From IMG/VR virus record IMGVR_UViG_3300022925_000005: DNA of 64,000 bases; one strand, 5' to 3'. Under the pieces are notes generated by a model that searched no databases, was not told where the DNA came from, and saw only the letters and a list, made by a program, of their open reading frames with translations. Below, piece by piece: positions 39,784 through 52,800 of the stretch (position 1 is its first letter; the number at the start of each line of letters is the position of its first letter). The position numbers were made by a program, and so were the translations under genes. The DNA comes from a virus.

Positions 39784-40165
39784 TTGTTAATATTTTTGTT
39801 GTACTAAAATCTTCCATTCTATTAAAGAATACCATTGATTTAGAATGATGTTCACCTACAATTGGTTTATCCTTATAATCAGAACCGATTACAAATACAT
39901 CTGGTTGGTATCGTTTAATTGCCTCATCTAACATTATTTCAGAATCAAATACAATCACTTTACTCACTCCTTTAATTCTCTCCAAATTGTACTTACGTTC
40001 TTCCTCAGAGTGAAATGGTCTATCATCTCCTTTTAGTTCCTTTACTCGTTTATCAGAATCAATTCCAATAACAACTAATTCACCAAAGGTAGATGCGAAC
40101 TCAATCATTTTAAAGTGAGCATGATGTAGAACATCAAAACACCCATTCATCCAAACTTTTTTCAT
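39776..40165 (-). CDS. hldC: Heptose-1-phosphate nucleotidyltransferase (HldE/RfaE domain II-like)
   Basis: NGCFDVLHHAH, GIDSDKRVKELKGDDRP, GSDY, FSTT. Confidence 0.85.
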   Translation of the reverse strand: MKKVWMNGCFDVLHHAHFKMIEFASTFGELVVIGIDSDKRVKELKGDDRPFHSEEERKYNLERIKGVSKVIVFDSEIMLDEAIKRYQPDVFVIGSDYKDKPIVGEHHSKSMVFFNRMEDFSTTKILTNE

Positions 40166-41307
40166 TATAAGAATTTCTCTAATTCGTTAATTACCATTTG
40201 AGATGATATACCCTTAGTACATTCAAATTGTCTATTTGTACCCTTATGGTCTGGACACCAATTCCAATCACCGGCATCTAATCGTAATCGATTAAAACAC
40301 CCACTACACTTATCATTAGGTGGAGTTATTCTTACACAATCTTGCATCTCTGCCCAATCGTATGAGAATCCACTAATCAATACGGTCTTAGTTCCCAATG
40401 CCCAACTTAACCAACTCAACCCACTACCAATACCAATAAATGCTTTTGATTTTCTCATTTCATCCATTACGGATTCCAATGGACCCGATGGGTGTTGTAT
40501 GATTCCGCTTGGGTGTTTATTACCCATATAGTTATCACCTTCATTGGAAAGTAATTTAACTGTATATCCCCTACCATTTAGCCAATCAACTACTTCTTGC
40601 CAACCTGTTGGATTGTTCCAATATTTTGATTGGGCTGTTCCGTGAATTGCAATGGTAATTAGTTTATCATCCTTTACAACATTTGATTTTGGTAGTAATG
40701 GTTTTATCTCTTTATATTCCAATCCCAATATATCAGAACCCATCTTTTGCATTGTTTGGGTTTTAAAATCATTAGGATTCTTTAATTGATTTACACTACC
40801 ATCTTCATTATAGAATAAACCAACATCATACATTGCATATAAGTTTGGTACAGTAGAACCAGGTGTAACGAATTCAAATTGAGGATATTGTTCTTCAAAC
40901 ATATGGTTATGAAATGTAGATACAATCAGTTCACAATTGTGCTTTTTTCTAAATTCCTCAAAATATGGAAACCAAGCTAACGTATCTCCTAATGCTCTAG
41001 ATGACATTGCGATAAATACACGCTTTCCATTTGGATTGAATTTATGTTCGTAAAATAATTCACTACCTCTGAATATTTCAATGTTCCAATCAATACAATA
41101 TTCTATATTTGATTTAGCCCAATTGTTATTTCTAATAGTGGTCTCAAACCTAACTTGATTTGTTTTGTTATCAATAAATCGTACACTATACTCTTCATCA
41201 ATATTTCCCAGTATTTCAACAAACGGACCTCTTACAAAATGAGTAACAACTCTATTGGTTATATCAACAATGTTGTTTTTATTCTTTTTTAATTTATCGT
41301 ATATCAT
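40165..41307 (-). CDS. AAH/TibC-family (autotransporter-type) protein O-heptosyltransferase
   Basis: ALGDTLAWFP, QSKYWNNPTGW, FIGIGSGLSWLSWA and the four-Cys iron finger CSGC..WCPDHKGTNRQFECT. The likely start is ATG 41307, which forms an ATGA overlap with the upstream stop. Confidence 0.9.
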   Translation of the reverse strand: MIYDKLKKNKNNIVDITNRVVTHFVRGPFVEILGNIDEEYSVRFIDNKTNQVRFETTIRNNNWAKSNIEYCIDWNIEIFRGSELFYEHKFNPNGKRVFIAMSSRALGDTLAWFPYFEEFRKKHNCELIVSTFHNHMFEEQYPQFEFVTPGSTVPNLYAMYDVGLFYNEDGSVNQLKNPNDFKTQTMQKMGSDILGLEYKEIKPLLPKSNVVKDDKLITIAIHGTAQSKYWNNPTGWQEVVDWLNGRGYTVKLLSNEGDNYMGNKHPSGIIQHPSGPLESVMDEMRKSKAFIGIGSGLSWLSWALGTKTVLISGFSYDWAEMQDCVRITPPNDKCSGCFNRLRLDAGDWNWCPDHKGTNRQFECTKGISSQMVINELEKFL

Positions 41308-43472
41308 TTCCAAGTCTTATTTGTTAAATCCAATAATGAAAATCCTTCCGCCTGATTTGAATACATTTTGTTAGTTGTATATCGTGGTCTTTGGTGGTGA
41401 TAGAATACGTGATTATACCATAAATCAGCCACATCCCATTCACAATCTTTTATTCTATCTAACCACCAACCTTTTTCTCTATTTGGAATTAGATAAGCAT
41501 GTGCTAAATCTTGGTTATGTGCAGTTTTTGTAAACAACTCATCAATCTTTTCTTTTGTATTTGATGGATTATCTGCGAATGATATAAATGGTACGTTATC
41601 TCTTTCAGAAATAAAACACGCTTTATGTACAATCTCAACAAACTCCATTAACCCACTATGAATATATGCATCTGCTTCAAATATCAATGTGTAATCGTAA
41701 TCGGGACTCATTGTTTCTAATGCGAATCTATGAGCCATATAACACCCATAATGTCCACCAGTTATCCATCCTAACCCAGCACCAGGTGAAAGTTCACCAG
41801 GCGTATTGGTTGGTGATATATGTTGAGGTCTCCTACAATGTTCCGCTGGTGGGAAATCCGTATAAGGTGTGTTTACGATAGCTTCGTAATCCATACCATA
41901 TGATTGTAGTTGTTTTAATGATTCTTGGGAAATACGTTCTCTCAAATCATCAGGTCGAGTCATTAAATGTTTTATTTGAATCTTTGGTTTCCTACGAACA
42001 AAACTACGATTATCAATTAATATTTGATTGTAGAAGAATTCATTAGCAGCTTGATTCACTCCCTCAAAAACACCATAATCATCACCAGTAATAAATCTAC
42101 CTGGCTTAACTTTATGGTACCAACGTTTGATATCGGTTATTACGGATTTGTAATCATGCCCAGCATCAATCATTATAAAATCAATAGAATCATTTTGGAA
42201 TTGAGTTGATGCATTTTCAGATGTATCCTTTATAGCTTTAAATTTACCAAAGTTATCACTCATTATAGTGTTCTCAACAAATTCACCATAAATATCCCCA
42301 CCATATGAACCAACTATATTTTGATGTAGTTGTTCATCATCAGTACCTTTCCAAGTATCAACAACAGTGAAATCTATATTTTTATTTGATTCACATATCT
42401 TAGTTGCCATATGATTGGATGATTTACCTAACCAACTACCAACTTCTACAAATACTTCACCACCCTTAGCGTTATTTACCATTCGGTCATATAAGCCCTC
42501 ATATGCGAACCAACCAGGTATCTCATTGAATTCAGGTTCTAATAACTCTATTATAATTTTCTTAGTATTGTTTATATCATCATCGATATAGGTAACCAAT
42601 TCGTTAGAATCGTATGTATCTAAATAAGTGTGTAACTTTCTGAATATACATTTTAATCCATATCCCAATGCTTCTTTAATTGATAGTGGATTTAATTCTA
42701 ACTTAGAACTGAAGTAGAACATATCGGATGCTTTATAGAATTTATCCACATCATTACGTTCACCCCACACTATACAATTATCAGGCTTATCATTCATTAT
42801 AGGTCCCCAATATGATTCAAAGTTCATTGCTTGGTTACCTACAAAATGAAATTTGATTTTATACTTTTCTAATATTCTGGCTACTCTAAATATCTCACCT
42901 TGATTCTTACCTTCGGTAAATAATCCAACCATAAGAACATGCTTCCAATCGGATTCAAAACCTAATTCTTTTTGGAATTTCGATTTATTGAATTTTTGAG
43001 TTTCAATTGGATACTCCCACACTTTGGTATCAATTCCCAAATGTTCAAACTTTCTTCTACTCCATTCAGATACCAAAACATATCTATCTGGTTGATAACG
43101 AATTTCATCTGGATTGGTTGCAGAACCATGCGTTGATGCTACAATATAATATTTACGTTTAGGATTCCATAATTTATCTAATATATCATATGATAAAAAA
43201 TGTTCTGGTATTTCGGTAAAATGAATGATATTTGGTTTGATGGAATTTATCAAATCAACTATTTCCGATTTATCATCGCCTAATGTATGTAGTTTAACCA
43301 AACTATTAATTTGGTCTTTCTGAACTACGAATACACCACCACTATGATTATTTACCTCAATAACTTCAATATCAAAATCATTCTTAAAGATTTCAATTTG
43401 CTTTAATAAGTATTGCGGCATTCCACCAGTAGATAGGTGAGATGATACATATAACAATTTCTTTTTAGACAT
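41304..43472 (-). CDS. GT4 glycosyltransferase, class I SAM methyltransferase and GT25-like fusion
   Basis: GT4: HLSTGGMPQY, KNQ, ELNPLSIKEA. MTase: VEVGSWLGKS, IDAGHDY, GDDY. GT25-like: GCYMAH, IFEADA. Confidence 0.85.
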   Translation of the reverse strand: MSKKKLLYVSSHLSTGGMPQYLLKQIEIFKNDFDIEVIEVNNHSGGVFVVQKDQINSLVKLHTLGDDKSEIVDLINSIKPNIIHFTEIPEHFLSYDILDKLWNPKRKYYIVASTHGSATNPDEIRYQPDRYVLVSEWSRRKFEHLGIDTKVWEYPIETQKFNKSKFQKELGFESDWKHVLMVGLFTEGKNQGEIFRVARILEKYKIKFHFVGNQAMNFESYWGPIMNDKPDNCIVWGERNDVDKFYKASDMFYFSSKLELNPLSIKEALGYGLKCIFRKLHTYLDTYDSNELVTYIDDDINNTKKIIIELLEPEFNEIPGWFAYEGLYDRMVNNAKGGEVFVEVGSWLGKSSNHMATKICESNKNIDFTVVDTWKGTDDEQLHQNIVGSYGGDIYGEFVENTIMSDNFGKFKAIKDTSENASTQFQNDSIDFIMIDAGHDYKSVITDIKRWYHKVKPGRFITGDDYGVFEGVNQAANEFFYNQILIDNRSFVRRKPKIQIKHLMTRPDDLRERISQESLKQLQSYGMDYEAIVNTPYTDFPPAEHCRRPQHISPTNTPGELSPGAGLGWITGGHYGCYMAHRFALETMSPDYDYTLIFEADAYIHSGLMEFVEIVHKACFISERDNVPFISFADNPSNTKEKIDELFTKTAHNQDLAHAYLIPNREKGWWLDRIKDCEWDVADLWYNHVFYHHQRPRYTTNKMYSNQAEGFSLLDLTNKTWK

Positions 43473-43506
43473 AAACAAATTTAGTGTATATAGTTACACT
43501 TCTTTA

Positions 43507-43538
43507 CAAAGATACAAATAATATTTTAATTTACCAAA
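43507..43538 (-). promoter_or_regulatory. Bacteroidota primary-sigma promoter (-33 TTTG, -7 TAnnTTTG)
   Basis: Minus strand TTTG-N20-TATCTTTG, directly upstream of the glycosylation cassette. Confidence 0.8.
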
Positions 43539-43544
43539 TATTTT

Positions 43545-43817
43545 TTAGTAAACTATTGTACCTGCATCTAAATCAATTTGTCCATTTGGGTATTTCTTAT
43601 CCAATTCAGATAGTTCAGTATTCATTTCATCCATTGATGAATCGATTTTGTTACCAAACTCAATTTCCTTAGAATTCAATTCTTCCAATTGCTTTTCCAA
43701 TTCTCTACGTCTAACAGCAACTTGGCCTAAACCAATTACCATATTGTTTTGTACTTCTTGAATAGATTTTAGTTTATCAATTATTGATTGGTCTAATGTT
43801 TCTGTCTTTTGTTCCAT
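43545..43817 (-). CDS. Coiled-coil protein, paralog B
   Basis: GQVAVRRRELE...ELDKKYPNGQIDLDAGTI. Confidence 0.8.
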   Translation of the reverse strand: MEQKTETLDQSIIDKLKSIQEVQNNMVIGLGQVAVRRRELEKQLEELNSKEIEFGNKIDSSMDEMNTELSELDKKYPNGQIDLDAGTIVY

Positions 43818-43864
43818 AACTTAGTTATTTTATTATCTATATATAAGTATATACTAAATTTGTT

Positions 43865-46800
43865 TTACGAAATTGAACCACTAATTTGAGCTTCCAATTG
43901 TGTAACTTTATCAGTCAACTCCTGAATTGCTTTAATCATAGGTGAAATGAACTCATGGTATCTCAATCCATAAGATGAACCAGTTATAAGTCCAGCAAAA
44001 TCTATTGAATCTTTTTCAAATGATTCCAATGTAGTTTCAACACTTTGTGCACCCAATCCATAGTGAGTTCTACTACCACTTATAAATTTATATGATACCG
44101 GATTTAATGCATTAATAAAATCCAATCCCAAATCAGATGTTACAATATTTTCTTTTTGATTCTCATCGGATGTATTAATGGTTCCATTAGTTGCAAATAC
44201 ATCATCCCATCTAAAACTACTATTACCCAAATCATATAAATTGTTTACACCCGGAATTATATTACCAGTGGATACAATTGCAGAAATACCAGGCCCGCCA
44301 TCAGTTACATCAAAGTAAGCCGTACCTCCAGTTAACTTAAATAATTCAGGATTAGAAGAAGATGGTTCTCGCCTTTTCATTCTAACATACGAATCAGCGG
44401 AAGATACAATTTGAACACCACCCGCTTTAATTTCAACAAAATTTGCAGCAAGTTGGAAGTTTAATGAAGTATCCAACGTCATTGGTTGTAGATACCCAGT
44501 AGTAGAAATTGCTGATGTGGCTGTATTATTATAAGCAGCAGTTGCCGATGTATATATATTCGTTGAAGTACCGGATGAATTAGTATTTCTTTGTAAACCC
44601 GCAGCTGAGGATACTCTAACTGAGTATCTTAGTTTTGCTGCGGTAGATGCGCTTGATATCGGTATAGATACTGTCTGACCGGATGCTCCAGCAAATGTTC
44701 CATTTACAGCAGATACACCACCCTGTGATGTTGGTATATATTCCCAAGTAGAAGAAACGTAGTTATGTGATATGATACCATTTGAGATATAGTTGTAAAC
44801 ACCGGGAACCGATAATGTATATACATCAGCACCTTCGATGATATCAACTCTATCAACCAATTGTAATGATATACTATCACCATCTTTTACATAAATTTTA
44901 CTCTCACCTGCAATAAGTTCAGTAGCTTTTATTTGAGTATTACCATCTAACCAAAATCCGTGAGAATCCGATACTTCAACTATATTATCACCTACTGTTA
45001 TTTTATATATCTCCGATGTTTTTCTTGTCTTAACATCACTTATTGTAAATTCATCAAATTTATCAACACCAATGTGATTATCAATTTTATCATTCCAGTT
45101 CCAAGCTAATATCTTTTGTCCGATTTTTATATCTTTTGCCAAAATTGTAGAACCATCTGATAGTGTAATCTCAGTATCACCAACAACCGAATAATACGAG
45201 GGGAATCCACCTCCACCATTTCCATCATCAAAGTAACTACCAACATAGTAATTACCCAATCCAGCATATGCACTAACAGCCTCAGATGTTTGTGCTACCA
45301 ATTTTCTACCAATAACAGCATTAGAATTATTAGTATCAACCACTTCTAAATACAAATATGCACGTAACTTTATAGGAACTGGCCCTAACGAGTTACCATG
45401 TATCTGTCCATCAAATGATGGTGAGTAATTTGGATATGAAGTGATTTGTGAAATATTAGCAGTTGGTGGATTTATTGTCATTGCAGGTAAATCCAATCCT
45501 ATTTGTATATCACCTTGAGAAACAGATATAGCTGCAGAATTACTGTTATCACCAACGGAATAACTACTTAGGTATGGTATAGTTGCATTTGTGTTTGTTA
45601 TAGATACACTGGTATCTGGTTGAGCTGATGCTAAATTTGTAAATGTTATAGTTGTTGAACTTGCACCATCCGTTTCAGATAATGTTGGTTGTGGACCAAT
45701 GATTACTTTCTTTTCAGAACCCGTAAAGAATTGTAATTCAGGTAAATTTGGTTCAAATATAATTTCTGAGTTTTCATCTCTCAACGATTTTGTTTCATCA
45801 TCAATTATCCAATCACCAATTCTACCACTATTAGCATTTATGATACCACTCATATTTGCATTTGAGGCAGATACGTTTCCATTCACATCAACACTAAATA
45901 ATGCCTCTGAACCAATACCAGGTACACTAATAGAACCACCCACGATAGAAGTACCCTCAATTGTACCACCAGATAAATCACCACTAAATGCAATAGTATC
46001 ACCATTGTATCTTAAATAATTACCAGATAAACTTCTAAGTGAGAATTGCGGAGTATCAGAGCCGGATGGGAATCCCATAAATACACCTCTTGTATTATAC
46101 CCAATAGTGGGTTGTCCAATTGATATATATGGTTTATTAGAATCAGCAGTTGAGCCGGAAGTGGATAAACGAATAGCATCTCCAATTATAACAGCATCAG
46201 TTAATGAACCAGCTTTAACAGTTCGAACAGAACTTGCGAGCATTTGTACACCACTACGATGAATTGTGTACAAAATAAATTGATTTGCTGCAGGATTTTG
46301 GTCGTAGCTGGATAGAATCAAATCTCTACCAAAAGTATTAGGTGATTCAGTTTTTATCTGAGAATCGGTACCAGGGTCATAGATATCTTGATTTGATAAT
46401 TTTATTGCTATTGATTCAGAAACGTAGGGACCAATATCTACATTAGTAGCATATACATATGCATTGGTATTTGGTGCGAAATCAGGTGGACCAAAGAAAT
46501 TATCATTTGTAAATGAACCCGTTTCTGAAATTGTATTCCAACTTAGTGCAACTGTTCGACTTGTACCATATTCAAATGCCTGTATATAATCCGCACCATC
46601 TGCCCATACTATTTCAGCCTTTGTAGTACCCGGACCACCAGCACTCAAATCATATGAGGAAGTTAAATATGTCAGATAATCAACAGATGATGAATCTGCA
46701 TACAATGCAGGTCCTTCTAATGTAAATACGGCCAATTCTTGCGAATTGGTATTACCCCTACCATTAATAATATGAGTTGTTGTAATCTGACCGTATGCTA

Positions 46801-49800
46801 TTAATTGAGAACCACTGCCAAATGGGTCAGGTGTTCTTGTGTAAACATCAAATACAGCCGGTGGAAATCCAAATTCACTACCCATTGAGTAATAATCGTT
46901 TATACCATAAAAACCACCACCATAATACAACCATTGGCTCAAAGATGAATTTAGTATTGATGAAGTAAAATAAAAATCAGCTTCGATTGAATCACCAATT
47001 GAATATTCAGTTTCATAGAATAATCCACTCGTATCAACCTGCCAACCACCAATGTTTGTTTTTACATTTTCCCCAGTTAAAGATAAACTTGCGGTTCCTT
47101 CATCAAATCCCATAAAGATACCATCACTTTCAAACCCTTGTGTAGTTTGTCCGATTGATATAAATGGATTTGCGTATCCAGATGATGAATCAGCGTTTAA
47201 TGCGATTACAGGGTTTCCACTTTCACCTGTACCAATGTTTATAGTTCGGTTAGCGTAAACATCTTCAGCAAATAAGATATCAGTTGCAACAGATTCAAAT
47301 TGTGCACCAAAGGTAGCCCAATAAGTCGCATTTGGTGGTGTTATATTTCCAGCAAACGTATCACCTCCATCATAATCTGCAATATAGAAATCACCATTAA
47401 ATTTAACAACATCTTTTCTTGCATCCGATGAGTTATATGTTACACCAGCATCATTTGCCCATTCACCTCTATAAGTTATACCAGCTCCAGAAGCACCTGG
47501 AGCTCCAGGTGTACCATCTGTACCAGCTTTTGATTTAGAGAAAGATTGTGTTTTATATAGAAGTATATTTGTACCATCTAATTTAGTTATATCAATCTCA
47601 TATTCTATTGATGCCGAATCAGCAGTCATATTACTATGGTCACCAACCACAGCATTATTACCACTATCGGTAATAGTACCTACAACAATATTCGTAGTAG
47701 TTGTTGTGATATCAAATCCACCAACACCACCATTATCATGGTTAAGTGGAGTTGCTCCCTCAAATACACTAATTGTAGTACCACTACCAGCAAAAGATGC
47801 AATATTACCAGAATTATCTGCTGCAAACGTATGTGATTCGTTTGATAATACTACCGTAATAGCATCACTACCTTCAACAACTTCAACAACTGTAATCTCA
47901 TCACTTAAACCATCAGCAGTTGCTGTGATTGTTACGGCTGTTTGTGCACCACCTTGACTAAAGTTATTATATGTTAAGGTTGCAACATCAGTAGCAGGTT
48001 CACCAATTGTAAGTGGAGATGGGTTTGTTGTAAATGTAGTAGTATTAGTTAGGTTCTGTCTATTAGCAGTAAATGTAATAGTTGATGGAGTTACTGTTCC
48101 ATCTTTAGCTATTCTAAATGTTTGTGAATCTGCAGATAATCTAATTGTTTTTGCTTTTACACCCTCTTTAGCCTTAGTAATAGTTTGAGTTGTATTAGAT
48201 GTAAACGAATCACCATTTATTCTCTGTCCACTAATTGTATATGTTATATTTGCAATCGATTCAGCGTTATCCATACTACTATGGTCACCGATTGTAATAT
48301 CATCACCATTATCGGTAATAGACCCAACAATTATAGCATCCAATGGTAATACACTGGATGTTATTGTCCAATTTCCAGGTGAATTACCAACACCATCATA
48401 CGATAATGAACCAGTACCTTCATAAACTGAAATATCAGTTCCACTATTACTATAAGATGAAACTACCCCATCAGATGATGCTGGTACTGTATGTGATTGA
48501 TTTGTATTAATAACAGTTATTGCCGATAATCCATCAGCTCCATCTGAAACAATATAGAATGTTTCGTTAATGGTTGTTGTTTGTGATGTAGCTGGGTCTG
48601 TGAATGTTGCAACCAACACAGTATCCTTTGTTGCAACAGAAGAACCACCCAATGTTATAGTATTCCCATCACCATCGTTAGCCGTAATTGTAATTTCAGA
48701 ATCACCACTTGCGGCACCAACAGCCATATAATCTACACCAGAACTTAAAGATGGAGTGATTCTAACTTGCTTTTGGTATTCAGTTCCAGATGTATCAAAG
48801 AATGATGCGGTTGCTGAAAGGAATGTTGGGTTGTAAATTCCGTAACCCGGATTTCTAGTTGATTTTAAGTTGGGAGATAAGAATGAACCACCACCCAATC
48901 CATCAGATACATCCACCAATGTGATTGAATCTAATACGTTATCAGATGCATCTCTTAATTGTAGATTTAGTGTACCAGTTATTGCATCCGAATCTAATGT
49001 TGGGTTATACGCATCACCAGTAACACCACTCATTGAAGCGTTTAATAAAGATGAATCGTTTTTGTATATTTTAATATCACCACTATTTACATCACTCAAT
49101 CCATTTATAGATGATTCTTGAACTTGTAATTCAATATTACCACTACTATTTTTGATTTGAGTTCCAGTTAATGGAGTAATCATATATTGTGGTGTAGAAT
49201 CTGCTCCAGATTTTAATGCAGTTATGGTAATTGTATCAGATAACTTTTCTATCTGGTCACCTTCGGAAACTGCAACTTTAATTGTTAATGGAGTTGAAAA
49301 ATACGATGTTGGGACATTAAGTGTTGCTGTATCGGTATTTGCGGTCAATCCATCAGTAAATGAAGTTTCATCCGTAAATACTGCACCACCTCCAGTAAAT
49401 TTATAATAAGCATCAACAAAATTTGATGATGATGCGATTAAGGTAATTGTTGATGATGGTGTTGGGTTTAATCCAAACTCATCATATTGAATTACATATG
49501 AATCTGCTGATAAACTTATGTTTTTACCCGCACCAGCTGCGATAGTCCAAGGACCTGTTCCCGGAGGACCATCGGTTGAATCACCAGATATGTTTGATGT
49601 ATGTGAAGTATTAGAACTCCACGTTTCCCCAACATATTGTACCAAATCTTCTGGATTATAATCTATACCATCTGCCCAAGTTCCTCTGAGTGATGGTTCA
49701 ACTACACCAGCTGCGGTTTGTCTTATAGAACCTCTAATAGTAAGTGTTTCCCCATCCCATTCTAATGATTTATATTCACCAGCGGCTGGTGTTGATTTCA

Positions 49801-52800
49801 ATGATAAGATTCCCATTGTACCAGAAGTACCATTTGGTCCACCATCATTTGTCATACCTATAAAAACACCAGGTTGAGCAAAACCTTGTGTACCAGTCTG
49901 TCCAATAGCAATATATGGTTCATCACTACCACCGACAATTGCTATATTTGCGTTTGGATTTCCATCAGGTGGAATACCAACGTTAATTGTATTTTCTACA
50001 AATGATTCTTCGAAGATTGCTATCTTAGCCGCAACAAACATATCTTGCTGCCCTAAGTATTCCCAACCAAATGTATCCACATCACCCTGCTCTTGTGAAC
50101 CATCGTATTCAGGTTCATCGGTAATACCAACTGAAGCTGTGTATGGTAATCTTTTATAATCGTTTAATTCATTAGTTGTTGCGAAGTAGTGAGTTTCTTG
50201 CTCACCACCATTATCATATTTGTATATTATCGCATCTCTACGTTTTTGTTCTAAACTAAATAGATAATCAACCGAACCAGTCCACTCACCCCTTACAACG
50301 ATACCAGGCCCAGTTGCTCCTTCGAAAACAGTTGATAATGATTGTGATAAGAAATAAGTTGCTCTACCATTTTCAATATCAACCTTATAAACAATTGTTG
50401 CCGATTTATTATCTTGTGGTAATGTCCAAGCCGTTATAGGGTCTACACTAGCTGGATTTCCGTTTGGTATATTTGGCTGTGTTATGAATGACGGTACATA
50501 ATACAATGATGATGAAAATTCACCAATGGTACCAATAGGGTCTCCAATTAAATTTAAAGTTTCCTCCGAATATGTTGAGACATGTGTTAATTGAGTTGTA
50601 CCTTTAAGTGCCGTTATTTGAGTTCCAGTTGTATCTAATGTAGTAGTACCATCAACTTCAACTCCAACACTTGGTGATGGGTTTGTTAAAAATACTTGAT
50701 AGTTATCGGCTCCCGCTTTGATACCAGCTATTGTAACTTCTGATGTTGCAACTATTGGAGAGGTAGATGCACCATCTCTAATTTGAACTTGCCATGTAGC
50801 CGTTTCACCCGGAGAGGTTGCATCACCTGAACCAATTTCAAATGTAGGGTCTGTTCCAACTAAACTATATGCAAACCCATCTCTAAAGAATTGGTAATAT
50901 GTTTGTGAGGCAGTTACATTAAATGCAGTTGCCTCTAAGAATATAGAACCTAATGGTGAGGTTACTACACCATCACCATCAAAGTTTACAACTTCAGTTG
51001 TGGTTGATAAACTTACACTTCTTGCAGCTGTACCATCATTTGATTTTGAGAATAATTGTTTTTTTGTATAAGTTTCTTCAACACCAGCTACACCGTTTGT
51101 TAGTGAGTATGGATAAACATAAAAGTTATAATCAACCGAACCACTACCAGCTTCCAATTGACTGAAGTTTGTGTAATGTACCGTCTCATCTCCGAAATCC
51201 AAATCATATTGAGATGATGCAGATACATCCCCCACCACAATACCACTACCAGTTGCAGTTACATTATATGTACCAGGCAAACTACTTGTTTCATACGATA
51301 AGTATAAATTACCCTGCTTAACAACTATATTAGTGTTTGCCGTTGAATAATCGGATACTGTACCGTTCTCATTAGCTTGTAAACTTACAACAGATGGATT
51401 TACTTCAATTTCAATTGCATCTGAACCATCTACACCTTTAGTAATACGTTGTGTTATAGTTTTGAGTTCAAAGGATGAGGTGTAATATGGATATATTTTT
51501 AAATCATAATCAACACTAGCTAATAATGAACCAGAATCCATATAACTCCAACTATCAAAATTAACCGATGTGTTTGTGAAGCTCTCACTAGTATAAGTTA
51601 TGTTTGTAGGAGTAACCAACTCAACAAAGAATGTACCAGGTTCTTCACTACCCGTATAAATTAAATCAAACTTACCTTGCTTAGCAGTAATAGTAGTATC
51701 TAATGGAGTGTAACTATAAACCTCACCTTGTTGATTTGAATTTAGATTTACTGTAAGTGGGTCTAAACTTATAACAACCGGCTCAATACCAATCCCATCA
51801 GGTGCTACAAATATCGTCTTATCAACACTAATAGATTCTGATGTGAAATCCTCAGTATATGTAAAGTTAAATGTTAATTGCTTACTATCGATTGGTGAAT
51901 AATATCCAACGGAATCTCCAGGTATACCACTATCAATAATTTCATTTTGTGCGTTTGTTGCCGTTACAGTTATCCTACTATCAAATGCACCAGTTTCAAA
52001 GAACATATAGTATTCAGGTAAAAGTGCATCCGTAATAGACATCGATGGGAATACTTTTAATGTACCACTTATTGGTGATTCATTCGTACCCCTTAAATAA
52101 AAGTTACCAGCTAAACTTGCAGTTTGTGGTGTAAACGTTGTATCTTCCTTTGGATTGATATTGAATTGTTCAACATCAAATGTAACAAAACCAGCACCTA
52201 ACCCATCTTGTAAATCAGTTAGTAATAATGTTGTTAATATATCCTCTTCGGTATCACCATCCATTAAGTATAATGGTAGTTGGCCGGTGATTGATGTTCT
52301 ATCAAATACAGCATTGTAATCCAATTCACCACTACCAGTTGTACCAGCACTTAATCCTAATATGTATCCAGTTGAATCAGCCTCAGATAATAATATATAT
52401 TCAGAACCACTTTGTACTCTCAACTTCGCATCGGAGAATCCATTTTGTGGTAAGTTATCCCTTAGTATGATTTCATTCACACCATCGATACGGATAGCTT
52501 GTACCTCCAATGTACTCTCATCTTTATTTTTAATAATAGTACCTCTATAAGGTCTAATTTCAAAATTTACTCCCCCTTTACCATCCTGAGTTCGGGTGAT
52601 TACTACATCATCAGATACACCCTCAACCTCACCAGTAAATCTAATATATTGTACAGTAATATCATTTCTGGAACCAGTAAAGTCAGCAACAGTTAATGTT
52701 GGACTTAGAGTTTCGTATCCACTCATTAAACCAGGATATTGTCCACCTACATATTCGGATGATAAAATCAAATCACCGAACTCATCATATGCACCAGATG

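Noticed and set aside
44762-45190. Mobile homing intein
   Set aside because: There is no endonuclease and no +1 Cys/Ser/Thr, so it is treated as a Hint/BIL-like domain.
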